The notes beneath the pieces are model-generated. The model searched no databases. It worked only from the letters and a program-made list of their open reading frames with translations, and was not told the DNA's origin. A DNA stretch of 64,000 nt. Source: Gemmatimonadaceae bacterium (lineage in GTDB: Bacteria > Gemmatimonadota > Gemmatimonadetes > Gemmatimonadales > Gemmatimonadaceae). A program made the position numbers and the translations under genes. Below, in pieces: positions 18,567-30,298 of the stretch (positions are counted from its first letter, which is position 1; every line of letters starts with the position of its first letter). The DNA lies in contig JBHYGA010000001.1 in NCBI GenBank assembly GCA_051859245.1, positions 1,181,722 to 1,245,721 on the forward strand, given 5' to 3'.

Positions 18567-21121
18567 TGTCGCCCGCAATGTCGTTGATCACTCGCGCGAA
18601 CACTCGCGTCTGGCGCGCTGTGTGCACTCGTGCGCTCGTGTTGTGTACTGCGGTGATGCTCACCCCCGCGCTCGCCCAGGCACAAAGCGGAACGCTGGCT
18701 GGCGTGGTTGCCGACAGCGCCGGCAGGCCGCTGGCCGGCACGCAGGTGGGTCTGATGGGCACGCGATTCGCCGTCACGGCTGGAACCGATGGTCGATATC
18801 GCATCACCGGCATTCCGGCGGGCACGTACGAGGTGCGAGCGCAGCGTATTGGCTCCGCGGTGCGCACGTTTCCGGGCACGGTAATTCGCGCCGGCGAGGA
18901 AACACGCCTTGACGTGCAGCTTTCGTCGAGTGCGTTGCAGATCGGCAGCTACGTGGTGTCTGCATCGCGTCGCGTGGAGAAGATTACCGACGCGCCGGCC
19001 ACCGTGTCGCGCATTACGGCGGACATGATTCGCAATACGGTTGGCAACTCGTTCACGGCCGCCCTGAAAGATGTGAAGGGCGTAGACTTTTTTCAGACCG
19101 GTATCGCGTCGGCGGGCATCAACGCGCGTGGCTTCAACAGCGCGTTCAACAATCGCATGTTACAGATGGAGGACAATCGCATCGCCGTGCTTCCGGAGAA
19201 CGGGTTGCCGGTTGGCGTGTTCACCACCATCCCGAAAGTAGACATCGCGGGAGTGGAAGTATTGATCGGCCCAGGTGCGGCGCTGTATGGCCCTGATGCC
19301 TCGAACGGTGTGGTCACACTGTTGAGCAAAGACCCGAAGGAATATCAAGGCACCATTCTTGAGTTCAGCGTGGGCGGAAACTCAATCAGCCGTTTTGGTG
19401 AACAGACCCCGGGCACCGTCTCCTTCAAAAACGTGCAGGGTCGGCACGCGGGCGTCCTGCTGAACGGGCGACTGGGATACAAAGTCACCGGCGAGTTGAT
19501 TGACGCCTACGATTGGCAGAATGTGAATCGGTATGCCGCGGTGGCGCCGAGCACCACGCCGTCGCCGGAGATTGGTATTGACTGGAATACGGACTACCTG
19601 CGGGGCGGTGGCGCGCTGGTGTGGTACTTCAACAATGGAGCGCGGCTCGAGTATCAGGGTGGTGCGAGCAAGTCGAACGGCGTTGGCATTACGAGCGCGG
19701 GCCGTAATCAGCTCAAGGATTGGGGCTACTGGAATCAGCAGGTGCGTTTTACCAGTGACCGCTTTTTTGCGCAGGCATACGCCACGCGTTCGTTGTCGGG
19801 ACAGACGTATGCGATCAACGGCTTCTCCACCAACCGTTTGGCGGCGCGCTTTAACGGCATCAGCGACGATTCCGTGAAACAGGCGTCCGCGTTTCCTGCA
19901 GACGGTCGTTTGATGGCCGCCGAGGCACAGCACAACTTTACCGTGCCGTCGTTGCTCAACACGCGTGTGGTGTGGGGTGTGCAGGCGCGTCGTGATCAGG
20001 TGTCATCCAAGCGCGTCTGGCTTGAAGACGCGATTACGGGCGAAGATCTCGAGCTGCAGCAGATCGGTGCATACGCCCAGACAGAAACGCCGATCAATGA
20101 GCACACGAAGCTTGTGCTTGGTGCGCGCTATGACAAACCCGAGTTCTACGACAATCAGTTTTCACCCAAAGCGGCGCTGTTGATTTCGCCGAGTGAGAAC
20201 AACACGTTCCGCATCACGTACAATCGCGCGTTCAAGTCGCCCTCGATTCTGCAGACCAGCTTCTACTTCCGCGACTTCGCACCGCTGGTTGGAGTGTTTG
20301 GCAATCGTGATGGTATTCAGGTCAAGAACGCGGCGGGCACGGTGCTTCGCACGCTTGATCCCGTGGAACCGGAGTCGAACAATACGATTGAGCTTGGCTA
20401 CAAGGGTGTGATCGGCGACAAACTGTTTCTTGAGGTGGCCGGCTGGGTGGCGCGCTACGAGAGTTTCCTGAGTCCGCTGGTGGTGGTGGCCAACCCGTTC
20501 GCTGGTGCTTCCGCGTCGTTCGCGTTTAACGCACGCACAAACACCAAGTACACAAACGCCGCTGGCGTTGATCAGATCGCGCTCACGTATTTCAATCTCG
20601 GCAAGGCCACGCTGTCTGGTATCGATGCCGGCTGGCGTTACCTGATCACGCCGTCGCTGACGACCAGCGGTACGATGTCCTTCATGCAGCTGGACTCGAT
20701 TATCCGCGCGCCGGGTGATCCGGCGGAAGCCACGTCGCTGAACAGCCCGAGTGCCAAGTTTACGGTGGGTATGGAGAGCACCGCGCTTCCGTTTGGCTCC
20801 TTCGGTGGCTTTACAATGCGATTCGTGAAGGACTATCAGTTCCTGTCTGGTGCGCACAACGGTCGCATTCCCGGGTTGCTTGGCCTGGATTTCAACGTGG
20901 GTTATCGTCTGCCGTCGCAGCGCGCGCAGATCAACCTGTCGGTGCAGAACGCGTTCGTATGCACGAGCGGTACGAGCACCGCGCCGGCCTTCCTGAACGC
21001 GGCGGTGCCATCAGGGTACCGTCGTGGCTGGGGCTGCGGTATCGGTCGTGAGCACATCGAACTGTTGAACATGCCCGCCATTGGTTCCATGGCATTCCTT
21101 GGTGTTCGCTTCGATCTTTGA
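18566..21121 (+). CDS. TonB-dependent receptor with carboxypeptidase-regulatory-like N-terminal domain
   Basis: Signal peptide, DGRYRITGIPAGTY, VVSASR plug, EVLIGPGAALYG, C-terminal GVRFDL. Confidence 0.93.
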   Translation: MSPAMSLITRANTRVWRAVCTRALVLCTAVMLTPALAQAQSGTLAGVVADSAGRPLAGTQVGLMGTRFAVTAGTDGRYRITGIPAGTYEVRAQRIGSAVRTFPGTVIRAGEETRLDVQLSSSALQIGSYVVSASRRVEKITDAPATVSRITADMIRNTVGNSFTAALKDVKGVDFFQTGIASAGINARGFNSAFNNRMLQMEDNRIAVLPENGLPVGVFTTIPKVDIAGVEVLIGPGAALYGPDASNGVVTLLSKDPKEYQGTILEFSVGGNSISRFGEQTPGTVSFKNVQGRHAGVLLNGRLGYKVTGELIDAYDWQNVNRYAAVAPSTTPSPEIGIDWNTDYLRGGGALVWYFNNGARLEYQGGASKSNGVGITSAGRNQLKDWGYWNQQVRFTSDRFFAQAYATRSLSGQTYAINGFSTNRLAARFNGISDDSVKQASAFPADGRLMAAEAQHNFTVPSLLNTRVVWGVQARRDQVSSKRVWLEDAITGEDLELQQIGAYAQTETPINEHTKLVLGARYDKPEFYDNQFSPKAALLISPSENNTFRITYNRAFKSPSILQTSFYFRDFAPLVGVFGNRDGIQVKNAAGTVLRTLDPVEPESNNTIELGYKGVIGDKLFLEVAGWVARYESFLSPLVVVANPFAGASASFAFNARTNTKYTNAAGVDQIALTYFNLGKATLSGIDAGWRYLITPSLTTSGTMSFMQLDSIIRAPGDPAEATSLNSPSAKFTVGMESTALPFGSFGGFTMRFVKDYQFLSGAHNGRIPGLLGLDFNVGYRLPSQRAQINLSVQNAFVCTSGTSTAPAFLNAAVPSGYRRGWGCGIGREHIELLNMPAIGSMAFLGVRFDL

Positions 21122-21125
21122 TGGC

Positions 21126-22157
21126 ATGCAAACCGTGCTGCACATGGTGTGGGCTCTTGCCGTTGCTGGAATACCACCGGCAACGGCAGCCGCGCAGTCC
21201 CTGGGCGAACCAATGATGCGGGCGGTCGCCGTGATGGATACACTGCCGGGCAAAACCGAAACGGGTCGGCACACCTTCGGTGACGTGAGTCGGAACTGGC
21301 GGTTGTACGAACCGTCAAACAAAAGCGCCGATGCGGCTCCAGGCATGTTGGTACTGCTGCACGGATGTACGCAGGATGCAGCCGATCTCATGCGTGGAAC
21401 ACGCGCGGAGGCGTTCGCGGAGCGTGCGGGGATGATCGTGCTGGCGCCTGAACAGGAGGCGTCAGCGCACCCCCAGAAGTGTTGGAACTGGTATGATCCG
21501 CGTCACCAGAACCGTGACGCGGGTGAGCTCGCGTGGATGTCGTCGGTGATTTCGATGATCGTGAAGCGCTACGGCGTAGACGCATCGCGCGTGCACGTGG
21601 CTGGTATCTCGGCGGGAGGTGCCATGGCTCAGCTCTTTGCCACCGCGTATCCGGAGCAGGTGGCATCGCTCACGGTGGCCAGCGGTGTGGCTGTTGGCGC
21701 TGCGGCCACGGTGCCCGATGCGTTGCAGGCCATGCGAAATGGTCCACGCGAGGGCACGACCACGTCGTCTGTGGTGTTGACGCGTATGGGGCAACGAAAA
21801 CGCGCGATTCCGCTGTTGGTCATGCACGGTGCGAGCGACGCAGTGGTCAGTCCACGAAACGCCGATGCACTTATGAAGCAGTGGAGCGATGTTCTCGATG
21901 CGTTGGCAATCGCGCGTCCCCGCGAGCGATTGCAAGGTGATAGTGGTACCGGGAAAACCGCGCAGATGCGCGCTGAAGTTGACGCGGCTGGTCGTGCCTG
22001 GCTTGTGGACTGGCGCGTGCGCGGTGTGGGACATGCGTGGTCGGGCGGTGCCAAAGAAGGGACCTACACTGATCCGGAAGGAGCGGATGCAACGGCCATG
22101 TTGTTTGCGTTCATTGCTGAGCAGGATTCGTTCGTTGCCAAGAGTCGAGCGCCGTGA
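21126..22157 (+). CDS. secreted PHB depolymerase family (LpqC-like) esterase
   Basis: Signal peptide, LHGCTQ, CWNWY, GISAGG lipase box, HGASDAVV, GHAWSGG. Confidence 0.9.
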   Translation: MQTVLHMVWALAVAGIPPATAAAQSLGEPMMRAVAVMDTLPGKTETGRHTFGDVSRNWRLYEPSNKSADAAPGMLVLLHGCTQDAADLMRGTRAEAFAERAGMIVLAPEQEASAHPQKCWNWYDPRHQNRDAGELAWMSSVISMIVKRYGVDASRVHVAGISAGGAMAQLFATAYPEQVASLTVASGVAVGAAATVPDALQAMRNGPREGTTTSSVVLTRMGQRKRAIPLLVMHGASDAVVSPRNADALMKQWSDVLDALAIARPRERLQGDSGTGKTAQMRAEVDAAGRAWLVDWRVRGVGHAWSGGAKEGTYTDPEGADATAMLFAFIAEQDSFVAKSRAP

Positions 22158-23689
22158 GCCTTGTCTTTGATCCGCTCGCCTGGTGGGCGTCGCACGACCC
22201 GGCTCGGATCGCGATCACCGATCCATCTCGCGGCGCGAGCTACAGTTATGGTGCGCTCGATCAGCAGGCCACGCAGTGGAGCGCCGCGTTGGCGCAGCTC
22301 GGCGTTGTGGCGGGCGATCGCGTCGCAATCCTCGCCCAGAATCGCCTGGATTTTGTGCCCGCGCTCACGGGTGCGAATCGACTCGGCGCGTCTCTCGTGC
22401 CGCTCAACTGGCGACTCAGCGCCGGCGAGCTTGCGCGTGTGTTGTGCGACGCGTCGCCCAGGGTGCTACTTGGCGAAGATCGATTTCGCGCGCTTGCAGA
22501 AGAGGCGGTGCGTCTCGCCGATGGCGTGAATCCCGCGTGGTGCGATCTTGATTTCGACGCACCCGCGTTGCTGCAGCGAGCGTCGCCCATCGGGCAACGC
22601 TCGCGTGTTGATGGAAATAGCGCAGCATTGATGCTCTACACGTCGGGAAGCACCGGGACGCCCAAGGGCGTGGTGATGGCGCACAGGCAACTGCACTGGA
22701 ACGCGGTGGCCACGAATGTGGCGTGGGAGCTTGGGCCGAATGATGTGGGGCCGCTCGCGTCGCCGCTCTTTCACACGGGTGGCTGGGGTGTGTTCACATT
22801 GCCGCTGCTGTTCTGTGGAGGACGCATGGTGATGTTTGATAGCTTCGAACCCGATCAGCTGTTGCACACCATGCGCGAGCAATCGATAACCGTGGCGTTT
22901 GGTGTGCCAACGCAGCTGGACATGTTGCGCGAACGACCGGCGTGGGGCGAACCGCTGCCTTCCTTGCGGTGGTTTATTGCCGGTGGCGCGCCGTGTCCGC
23001 AGCGCGTTCGAGATGCCGTGTGGGATGCCGGATACAACTTCCGGGAAGGCTATGGCCTCACGGAGTGTGGGCCCAACTGCTTCACCACCACCAACGCAAT
23101 TGCGCGAGCGAATCCAGGGACGGTCGGTCATCCGCTGCCGTTCCTTGAGATGCGACTCACGAACGATGATGGTGCCATCGTTTCGGCCAACGAAGTCGGA
23201 GAGCTGCAGCTGCGAGGGCCGCAGCTGTTCGATGGCTACTTCAACGCACCGGCGCTCACGGCTGAAGTCATGACTGCCGATGGCTGGTTGCGCACAGGTG
23301 ATCTGGCCCTGCGTCGCGACGATGGCGTGTGGGCCATTCGCGGACGTCGCAAAGAGATGTACATCTCCGGTGGCGAAAATGTATTTCCGGGCGAGGTAGA
23401 AGCGGCATTGCTTGGCTGCACTGGTGTGGCCGAGGCTGCAGTGATTGGCGTCGCGGATGAACGCTGGGGTGAAGTGGGCTGCGCGCTGGTGGTGCGTGCC
23501 ATTGGGCACGACCATCTCGATGATGCGGCGATCATCGCTGCGGCGCGCGAACGACTCGCGGGATACAAGGTTCCGAAACGTGTGGTCTTCGCCGATCATG
23601 TGCCCAAGCTTGGATCCGGCAAGATTGATCGTTCGGCGGTGCGCGCGTTGATCGCGGCGCGGAACAGCGCCACCGCGGCACACGCATGA
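22154..23689 (+). CDS. acyl-CoA synthetase (MenE/FadD-like AMP-binding)
   Basis: YTSGSTGTPKG, GYGLTE, WLRTGD, ISGGENVFPGEVE, GSGKI. Confidence 0.93.
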   Translation: MSLVFDPLAWWASHDPARIAITDPSRGASYSYGALDQQATQWSAALAQLGVVAGDRVAILAQNRLDFVPALTGANRLGASLVPLNWRLSAGELARVLCDASPRVLLGEDRFRALAEEAVRLADGVNPAWCDLDFDAPALLQRASPIGQRSRVDGNSAALMLYTSGSTGTPKGVVMAHRQLHWNAVATNVAWELGPNDVGPLASPLFHTGGWGVFTLPLLFCGGRMVMFDSFEPDQLLHTMREQSITVAFGVPTQLDMLRERPAWGEPLPSLRWFIAGGAPCPQRVRDAVWDAGYNFREGYGLTECGPNCFTTTNAIARANPGTVGHPLPFLEMRLTNDDGAIVSANEVGELQLRGPQLFDGYFNAPALTAEVMTADGWLRTGDLALRRDDGVWAIRGRRKEMYISGGENVFPGEVEAALLGCTGVAEAAVIGVADERWGEVGCALVVRAIGHDHLDDAAIIAAARERLAGYKVPKRVVFADHVPKLGSGKIDRSAVRALIAARNSATAAHA

Positions 23690-24291
23690 AATCGGAAACG
23701 GTGGACGCCGCCGTTGCGAGCACCAAAGGCGCGACCGTTCGTGGCACGCTCGCGTTCTTGCACAAACTTGTGGGTGCGGGCGGTGTGCAGGCGGTGCTTG
23801 ATGCCTTGCCGGCCGCGCTCGCCACAGAGTTGGCCACGGTGCAACCGACCGACGATGTGCCATACGCGCGATTGGTGGCGTTGTGGCAGGCCGCCGACGC
23901 TCAACTGCGCGAACGACACCCGCATTGGGCCGAACTGGGCGGGCGTTTTAACATCGAGTCGCTCGGTTTGCAGTTGTATGGCGGCATTCTTCGCAAACCC
24001 ACGCCAAAGGATTTCCTCACCCAGAGCGTCTCGTTGTTCCGGCTGTTCTACGCGCCGGGAGACATGCAGGTGGTGCAGGAAGACCCGGGAAGCGCCGTGC
24101 TGCGACTGGTTGGGTTTGATCCGGTGCACGCCGTGTTCTGCCGTCGGCAGGTTGGCGGATTGGCGTGCGCACTGGAGCTCGCAGGCGGCGTGTCGCCGGT
24201 GGTGCGTCATGTGCGGTGCACCTTGCAGGGCGATGTGTTCTGCGAATGGGAGATGCGCTGGTCGGAGCGCGAGCCACGCGGCTCCACGTAG
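23686..24291 (+). CDS. H-NOX/V4R-like small-ligand-binding protein (DUF2378-like)
   Basis: N-terminal VRGT, C-terminal CTLQGDVFCEWEMRW V4R-like motif. Confidence 0.6.
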   Translation: MKSETVDAAVASTKGATVRGTLAFLHKLVGAGGVQAVLDALPAALATELATVQPTDDVPYARLVALWQAADAQLRERHPHWAELGGRFNIESLGLQLYGGILRKPTPKDFLTQSVSLFRLFYAPGDMQVVQEDPGSAVLRLVGFDPVHAVFCRRQVGGLACALELAGGVSPVVRHVRCTLQGDVFCEWEMRWSEREPRGST

Positions 24292-24340
24292 TCGGTTCGC
24301 CTCTGGTGCTCAGCTGGTGATTTGACGAGCGTTAGGAGAC

Positions 24341-24628
24341 ATGCCAACCACGCCCCGTCACTCACCCAAATCGCGAGCCGATCGTTCGCCTGCGCCGCGC
24401 CCTGCGGCCACGCAGATGGATCTGTTTCCCGAACGACCGGTGGTCGAAGTGCTCGATCCCAGAACGGTCGTTGGACCGCGCACGGCGACGTCGGCGGTGA
24501 TCCGTGTACGATTGCGTTCCGTCGAAGCGCCGCATCTCGTGTTTCACGATCGACACGGATGGTATTGCGACACGCATGGTGCGACGTGCGAAGCCGTAGC
24601 GGTGGCGCGCGCCGAGCCGGCGCTGTGA
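24341..24628 (+). CDS. small hypothetical protein with His/Cys cluster
   Basis: AGGAG RBS, GTGA overlap with next gene; HDRHGWYCDTHGATC. Confidence 0.65.
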   Translation: MPTTPRHSPKSRADRSPAPRPAATQMDLFPERPVVEVLDPRTVVGPRTATSAVIRVRLRSVEAPHLVFHDRHGWYCDTHGATCEAVAVARAEPAL

Positions 24629-26631
24629 ACGCGCCGTTGTGGCAGCCGGATGCGAAACAACGCGACGCCACGCAGTGGGCTGACTTCACCCGCTGGCTCG
24701 CGCATCGTGGTCTGATCGCGGACGCCAGTATGGGCAGTCATGCACTGTGGACGTGGAGTGTTTCGCAGCCCGAGCAGTTTTGGGAATCGCTCTGGCAGTA
24801 CTGCGATATTCTCGCGGATCACAATGCGTCGGGGCGACAGCACGACGCGGTGCTGGTTGGCGGACATCGAATGGCTCCGCCAGACGCCGCGCTTGGACCG
24901 CACTGGTTTCCGGGAGCGCGACTGAACTTCGCGGAACATATGTTGCGCCGGCGTGATGAGCACACGGCCATCGTCAGTTGGACGGAGCAAGGCCAACGGT
25001 GCACACTGTCGTACCGTCAGCTCGCGGAGCAGGTGGCGCGCTGCGCGTCGGCACTTCGCGCCGTGGGGGTGGTAGCCGGTGATCGTGTGGCTGGCTGGCT
25101 GCCCAATGTACCCGAGGCGGTGATTGCGATGCTCGCGGCCGCATCAATCGGTGCGATCTGGTCGTCGTGTTCGCCCGACTTTGGTGTGGACGGTGTGCTT
25201 GACCGTTTTGGCCAGATTGAGCCGACGGTGCTTGTCGTATCCGATTGCTATCAGTACGCGGGAAAAACCATTGATGTGCTCGCGCGCGTGGCGCAGGTCA
25301 ACAGGCAACTGCCGTCGTTACGCGCCACATGGGTGGTGAAAGGCGCCGACGTTCCGGCAGATATTGCGGCGGTTGACAACGCGGCGCATTGGCATGACGT
25401 GCTCGCGGTGCACACGAACGCCGACCTCACGTTCACGCGTCTGCCGTTCGATCACCCGCTGTACATACTCTATTCTTCGGGCACAACCGGCCTGCCCAAG
25501 TGCATTGTGCACGGGGCCGGTGGCACCTTGCTGCAACATCTGAAAGAGCATGTGTTGCATACGGACCTGCGCGCGACCGACACCATGTTCTACTTCACCA
25601 CCTGTGGATGGATGATGTGGAATTGGTTGGTCTCGTCGCTTGCCGTGGGCGCCACCATTGTGCTGTATGACGGTGCGCCATTGCCGGCGAATGATCCGTC
25701 CGTTCTGTGGCGCATGGCCGCGCAGGAGGGCGTGTCTGTGTTCGGCACGAGCGCCAAGTATCTCTCCGCGCTCGAGAAGGCAGGCGTTCGTCCGCGCGAG
25801 CGCGAGGATCTGTCACGTTTGCGTTGTGTGCTGTCCACCGGCAGTCCACTGGCGGAACCGTCGTACGATTTTGTCTACCGCGACATTTCGCCGCACGTTC
25901 AGTTGGCCAGCATTAGTGGCGGAACGGACATTGTCTCCTGTTTTGCGCTCGGCGATCCAACGGGCCCCGTGCATCGCGGCGAACTCCAGATCCGCGGACT
26001 TGGCATGGCGGTTGATATCTGGTCGGAGCGCGGCGAACCCGTTCGCGGAGAGGCCGGCGAACTCGTTTGCACGGCGCCGTTTCCGAGCATGCCCGTGGCG
26101 TTCTGGAATGACGCGAACGGCGCGAAGTATCGGGCCGCGTATTTCGAGCACTTCCCAGGTGTCTGGCGTCACGGCGACTGGGCCGAAATCACACGCAACG
26201 ATGGTTTGATCATTCACGGTCGCAGCGATGCGACGTTGAATCCTGGTGGTGTCCGCATTGGCACGGCCGAGATCTATCGTCAGGTGGAGAGCCTGCCGGA
26301 GATACTGGAGAGTGTTGTCACCGAGCACACCGTGACGGACCGCTCCGGTACAGAGGCGAGGGTGGCACTTTTTGTTCGACTCTCGCCTGGCGTGGCGCTC
26401 GACGCCGAGCTGGCCGCAAGGATTCGTGGGTGCATTCGGGCGGGCGCCAGTCCGCACCATGTGCCGCGCGTGATTGGAGCCGTACCGGATATTCCGCGTA
26501 CCCGAAGCGGAAAAATCAGTGAACTGGCCGTGCGTGAGGTCATTCACGGTCGTCCGGTCAAGAACGCCGACGCACTCGCGAATCCCGAATCGCTGGCGGC
26601 GTTTGCGGGCCATCCGGCGCTCGCTGAGTAA
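24625..26631 (+). CDS. acetoacetate--CoA ligase (acetoacetyl-CoA synthetase)
   Basis: WFPGARLNFAE, SSCSPDFG, YSSGTTGLPKCIVH, TTCGWMMWNW, GRSDATLNPGGVRIG. Confidence 0.95.
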   Translation: MNAPLWQPDAKQRDATQWADFTRWLAHRGLIADASMGSHALWTWSVSQPEQFWESLWQYCDILADHNASGRQHDAVLVGGHRMAPPDAALGPHWFPGARLNFAEHMLRRRDEHTAIVSWTEQGQRCTLSYRQLAEQVARCASALRAVGVVAGDRVAGWLPNVPEAVIAMLAAASIGAIWSSCSPDFGVDGVLDRFGQIEPTVLVVSDCYQYAGKTIDVLARVAQVNRQLPSLRATWVVKGADVPADIAAVDNAAHWHDVLAVHTNADLTFTRLPFDHPLYILYSSGTTGLPKCIVHGAGGTLLQHLKEHVLHTDLRATDTMFYFTTCGWMMWNWLVSSLAVGATIVLYDGAPLPANDPSVLWRMAAQEGVSVFGTSAKYLSALEKAGVRPREREDLSRLRCVLSTGSPLAEPSYDFVYRDISPHVQLASISGGTDIVSCFALGDPTGPVHRGELQIRGLGMAVDIWSERGEPVRGEAGELVCTAPFPSMPVAFWNDANGAKYRAAYFEHFPGVWRHGDWAEITRNDGLIIHGRSDATLNPGGVRIGTAEIYRQVESLPEILESVVTEHTVTDRSGTEARVALFVRLSPGVALDAELAARIRGCIRAGASPHHVPRVIGAVPDIPRTRSGKISELAVREVIHGRPVKNADALANPESLAAFAGHPALAE

Positions 26632-27860
<1,229 letters not shown>

Positions 27861-27861
<1 letters not shown>

Positions 27862-29054
27862 TGCCGATTTATCACACTGCAGGGCAAATTCCGCGAAAGC
27901 GTCACATCGTGTTTCGCAAACCCGACGGCGGATTGTACGCTGAAGAGTTGATGGGGCACGAAGGGTTCGTCGGTACGTCGTCATTGCTGTATCACGTGCA
28001 TCCACCCACCACGGTGCTGCGCGCTCGCAAAGTGAGCGATGTGGTGTACGAAGCCGACGAAGACACATCGCTCCGGCATCGGCATTTTCTCACGGCGCGT
28101 GCACACAAGGGTGGCTCTCCTACGCTGAGTCGCATTCCGCTGCTGTTCAATGCGGACATTGCCATGCTGTACGTGGAGCCCGATCAGCTCGACACGCACT
28201 TCTATCGCAACTCGCAGGCCGACGAAGTGGTGTACGTGGCTGAAGGCGAGGGCGTGCTGGAGTCGGTGTTTGGCGAGCTGCCCTACAAGAGCGGCGACTA
28301 CGTGGTCATTCACCGGAATATCACGCATCGCTGGCGGATTGATCCGGCCAAGGGCGCTACGAAGCTTCTGGTCATGGAAAGTGCAGGGCACGTGCGATTC
28401 CCTTCGCGATACATGAACAAGGTGGGGCAGCTGCTCGAGGGCGCGCCCTATTGTGAACGGGATATTCAACGCCCGCGGTACGTGGAGCCCAAAGACGAGA
28501 AGGGCGAGTTCTCGATCATGGTGAAGCAGTACAACGCGATCAACGAACTCGTCCTTGATCACCATCCGTTCGACGTGATCGGGTGGGACGGGTACTTCTA
28601 TCCGTGGATTTTCAGCATTCACGATTTTGAGCCGATTGTTGGTCGCATTCATCAGCCGCCACCAGTGCATCAGACGTTTCAGGGCGACGGATTCGTGATC
28701 TGTTCGTTCTGCCCGCGTCCGTACGACTTTGATCCGCAGGCGATTCCGGCCCCGTATAACCACAGCAACGTCGATTCTGACGAGGTGTTGTTCTACGCGT
28801 CGAGCGAGTTCATGAGCCGGAAAGGCATCGAGTACGGATCGATCACGCATCACCCCGATGGACTGCCGCACGGCCCCCATCCCGGACGTACCGAAGCGTC
28901 AATTGGCGCGAAGTACACCAACGAACTGGCGGTCATGATGGACTCGTTCCGTCCGCTGAAAGTCGCAAAGGCCGCGCAGTCCATTGAAGACACGCGCTAT
29001 CATCAGAGTTGGGTGAATGCGCAGCACGAGCAGTTCAATCCGCCCACGTCCTGA
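27861..29054 (+). CDS. hmgA: homogentisate 1,2-dioxygenase
   Basis: HPFDVIGWDG, PYNHSNVDSDE, HPDGLPHGP, ELAVMMD; TAATG-coupled to hppD. Confidence 0.93.
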
Positions 29055-29071
29055 AACGCTGTCGCCACGCC

Positions 29072-30298
29072 ATGCCACGATTTGCCGATCGTTACAACAC
29101 ACTGCCCGCGTATCCGCTGGCGCACATCCCGGCCCGCAAGCGGGCGCTCATTGCGGCAGGCGTTGATGTGATCGACCTGGGCGCGGGCGATGCCGATCTT
29201 CCTGCGCCCGCTGAAGCGATTGCCGCGTTGCAACAGGCGGCAACTGTGCCGGCCATGCAGCGGTACGGCTTTGGCATGGGCTATGTGCCGTACCGCGAGG
29301 CAATTTCGCGCTACATGCAGGAGCGATTTGGCGTTTCGTGTGATCCGCTCACCGAAGTGGTGCCGCTGATCGGCAGCAAAGAAGGCCTCGCCCATGTGGC
29401 GATGGCCTTTCTGCAGCGCGGCGATGTGGCAGTGGTGCCTGATCCGGCGTACGGCGCGTACGTAGGCGGTACGCTGCTTTCCGATGCGGAGCCGTACGTG
29501 GTGCGTCTCGAAGCCGAGAAGGATTTTCTCGTGGACCTCGACGCGATTCCAGACGCCGTGCTGGCGCGCACACGCGTGGTCTATCTTAACTATCCGAACA
29601 ATCCGACCGGTGCAATCGCGCCGCGTGAATACCTCGAGCGTGTTGTGCGCACGTGCATTGAACGCGACATCTTGCTGGTGTACGACAATGCGTACGCGGA
29701 ACTCGCGTTCGACGGATACGTGCCTCCGAGCATTTTTGAGATCGACGGTGCGCGCGACATCGCGATCGAGTTCCACTCGATCTCCAAGACGTTCAACATG
29801 ACCGGTTGGCGTTGCGGCTGGGCGGTGGCTCGCCCCGAACTCGCTGGTGCGCTGGCGCGCGTGAAGAACTTTATCGATACCGGCGCGTTTCTCGCCGTGC
29901 AGTCGGCGGCGACGGCGGCGTTGAATGTGCGCGAATCGTTTGTGCCAAACAATGTTGCCGTCTTTCGTGAACGTCGCGACGCGGCCGTGAACGCGTTTCG
30001 CAGCGCCGGATTCAGCTGCACGTCGCCGAAGGCCGCCATGTATCTCTGGGTCCCGTTGCCGGCTGGTATCAGCAGCGCACGGTTTGCCGACCGCCTGCGT
30101 GAAGAGCAGGGAGTCATTGTGATGCCAGGCTCCGGATTTGGTGCTGGCGGTGAAGGCTACTTTCGTGTGTCATTCATTGAATCGCCCGAACGCACGGCGG
30201 AGGCGGCCGTACGCGCCGGCCGTGTGCTTGCGGCGTTGCAGGCGGAAGACGAACTCATGCTCGCCTCGGCGGTGAGCGTGATCACCGCCACTTCGTGA
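29072..30298 (+). CDS. PLP-dependent aminotransferase class I/II (DapL/AlaC-like)
   Basis: LIGSKEG, YPNNPTG, DNAY, SISKTFNMTGWRCG. Confidence 0.92.
   Translation: MPRFADRYNTLPAYPLAHIPARKRALIAAGVDVIDLGAGDADLPAPAEAIAALQQAATVPAMQRYGFGMGYVPYREAISRYMQERFGVSCDPLTEVVPLIGSKEGLAHVAMAFLQRGDVAVVPDPAYGAYVGGTLLSDAEPYVVRLEAEKDFLVDLDAIPDAVLARTRVVYLNYPNNPTGAIAPREYLERVVRTCIERDILLVYDNAYAELAFDGYVPPSIFEIDGARDIAIEFHSISKTFNMTGWRCGWAVARPELAGALARVKNFIDTGAFLAVQSAATAALNVRESFVPNNVAVFRERRDAAVNAFRSAGFSCTSPKAAMYLWVPLPAGISSARFADRLREEQGVIVMPGSGFGAGGEGYFRVSFIESPERTAEAAVRAGRVLAALQAEDELMLASAVSVITATS

Noticed and set aside
24322..24624. 100-aa N-terminal extension of acetoacetate-CoA ligase
   Set aside because: Overlaps a better RBS-led small ORF; homology-like sequence (PLWQP) begins after GTG24625
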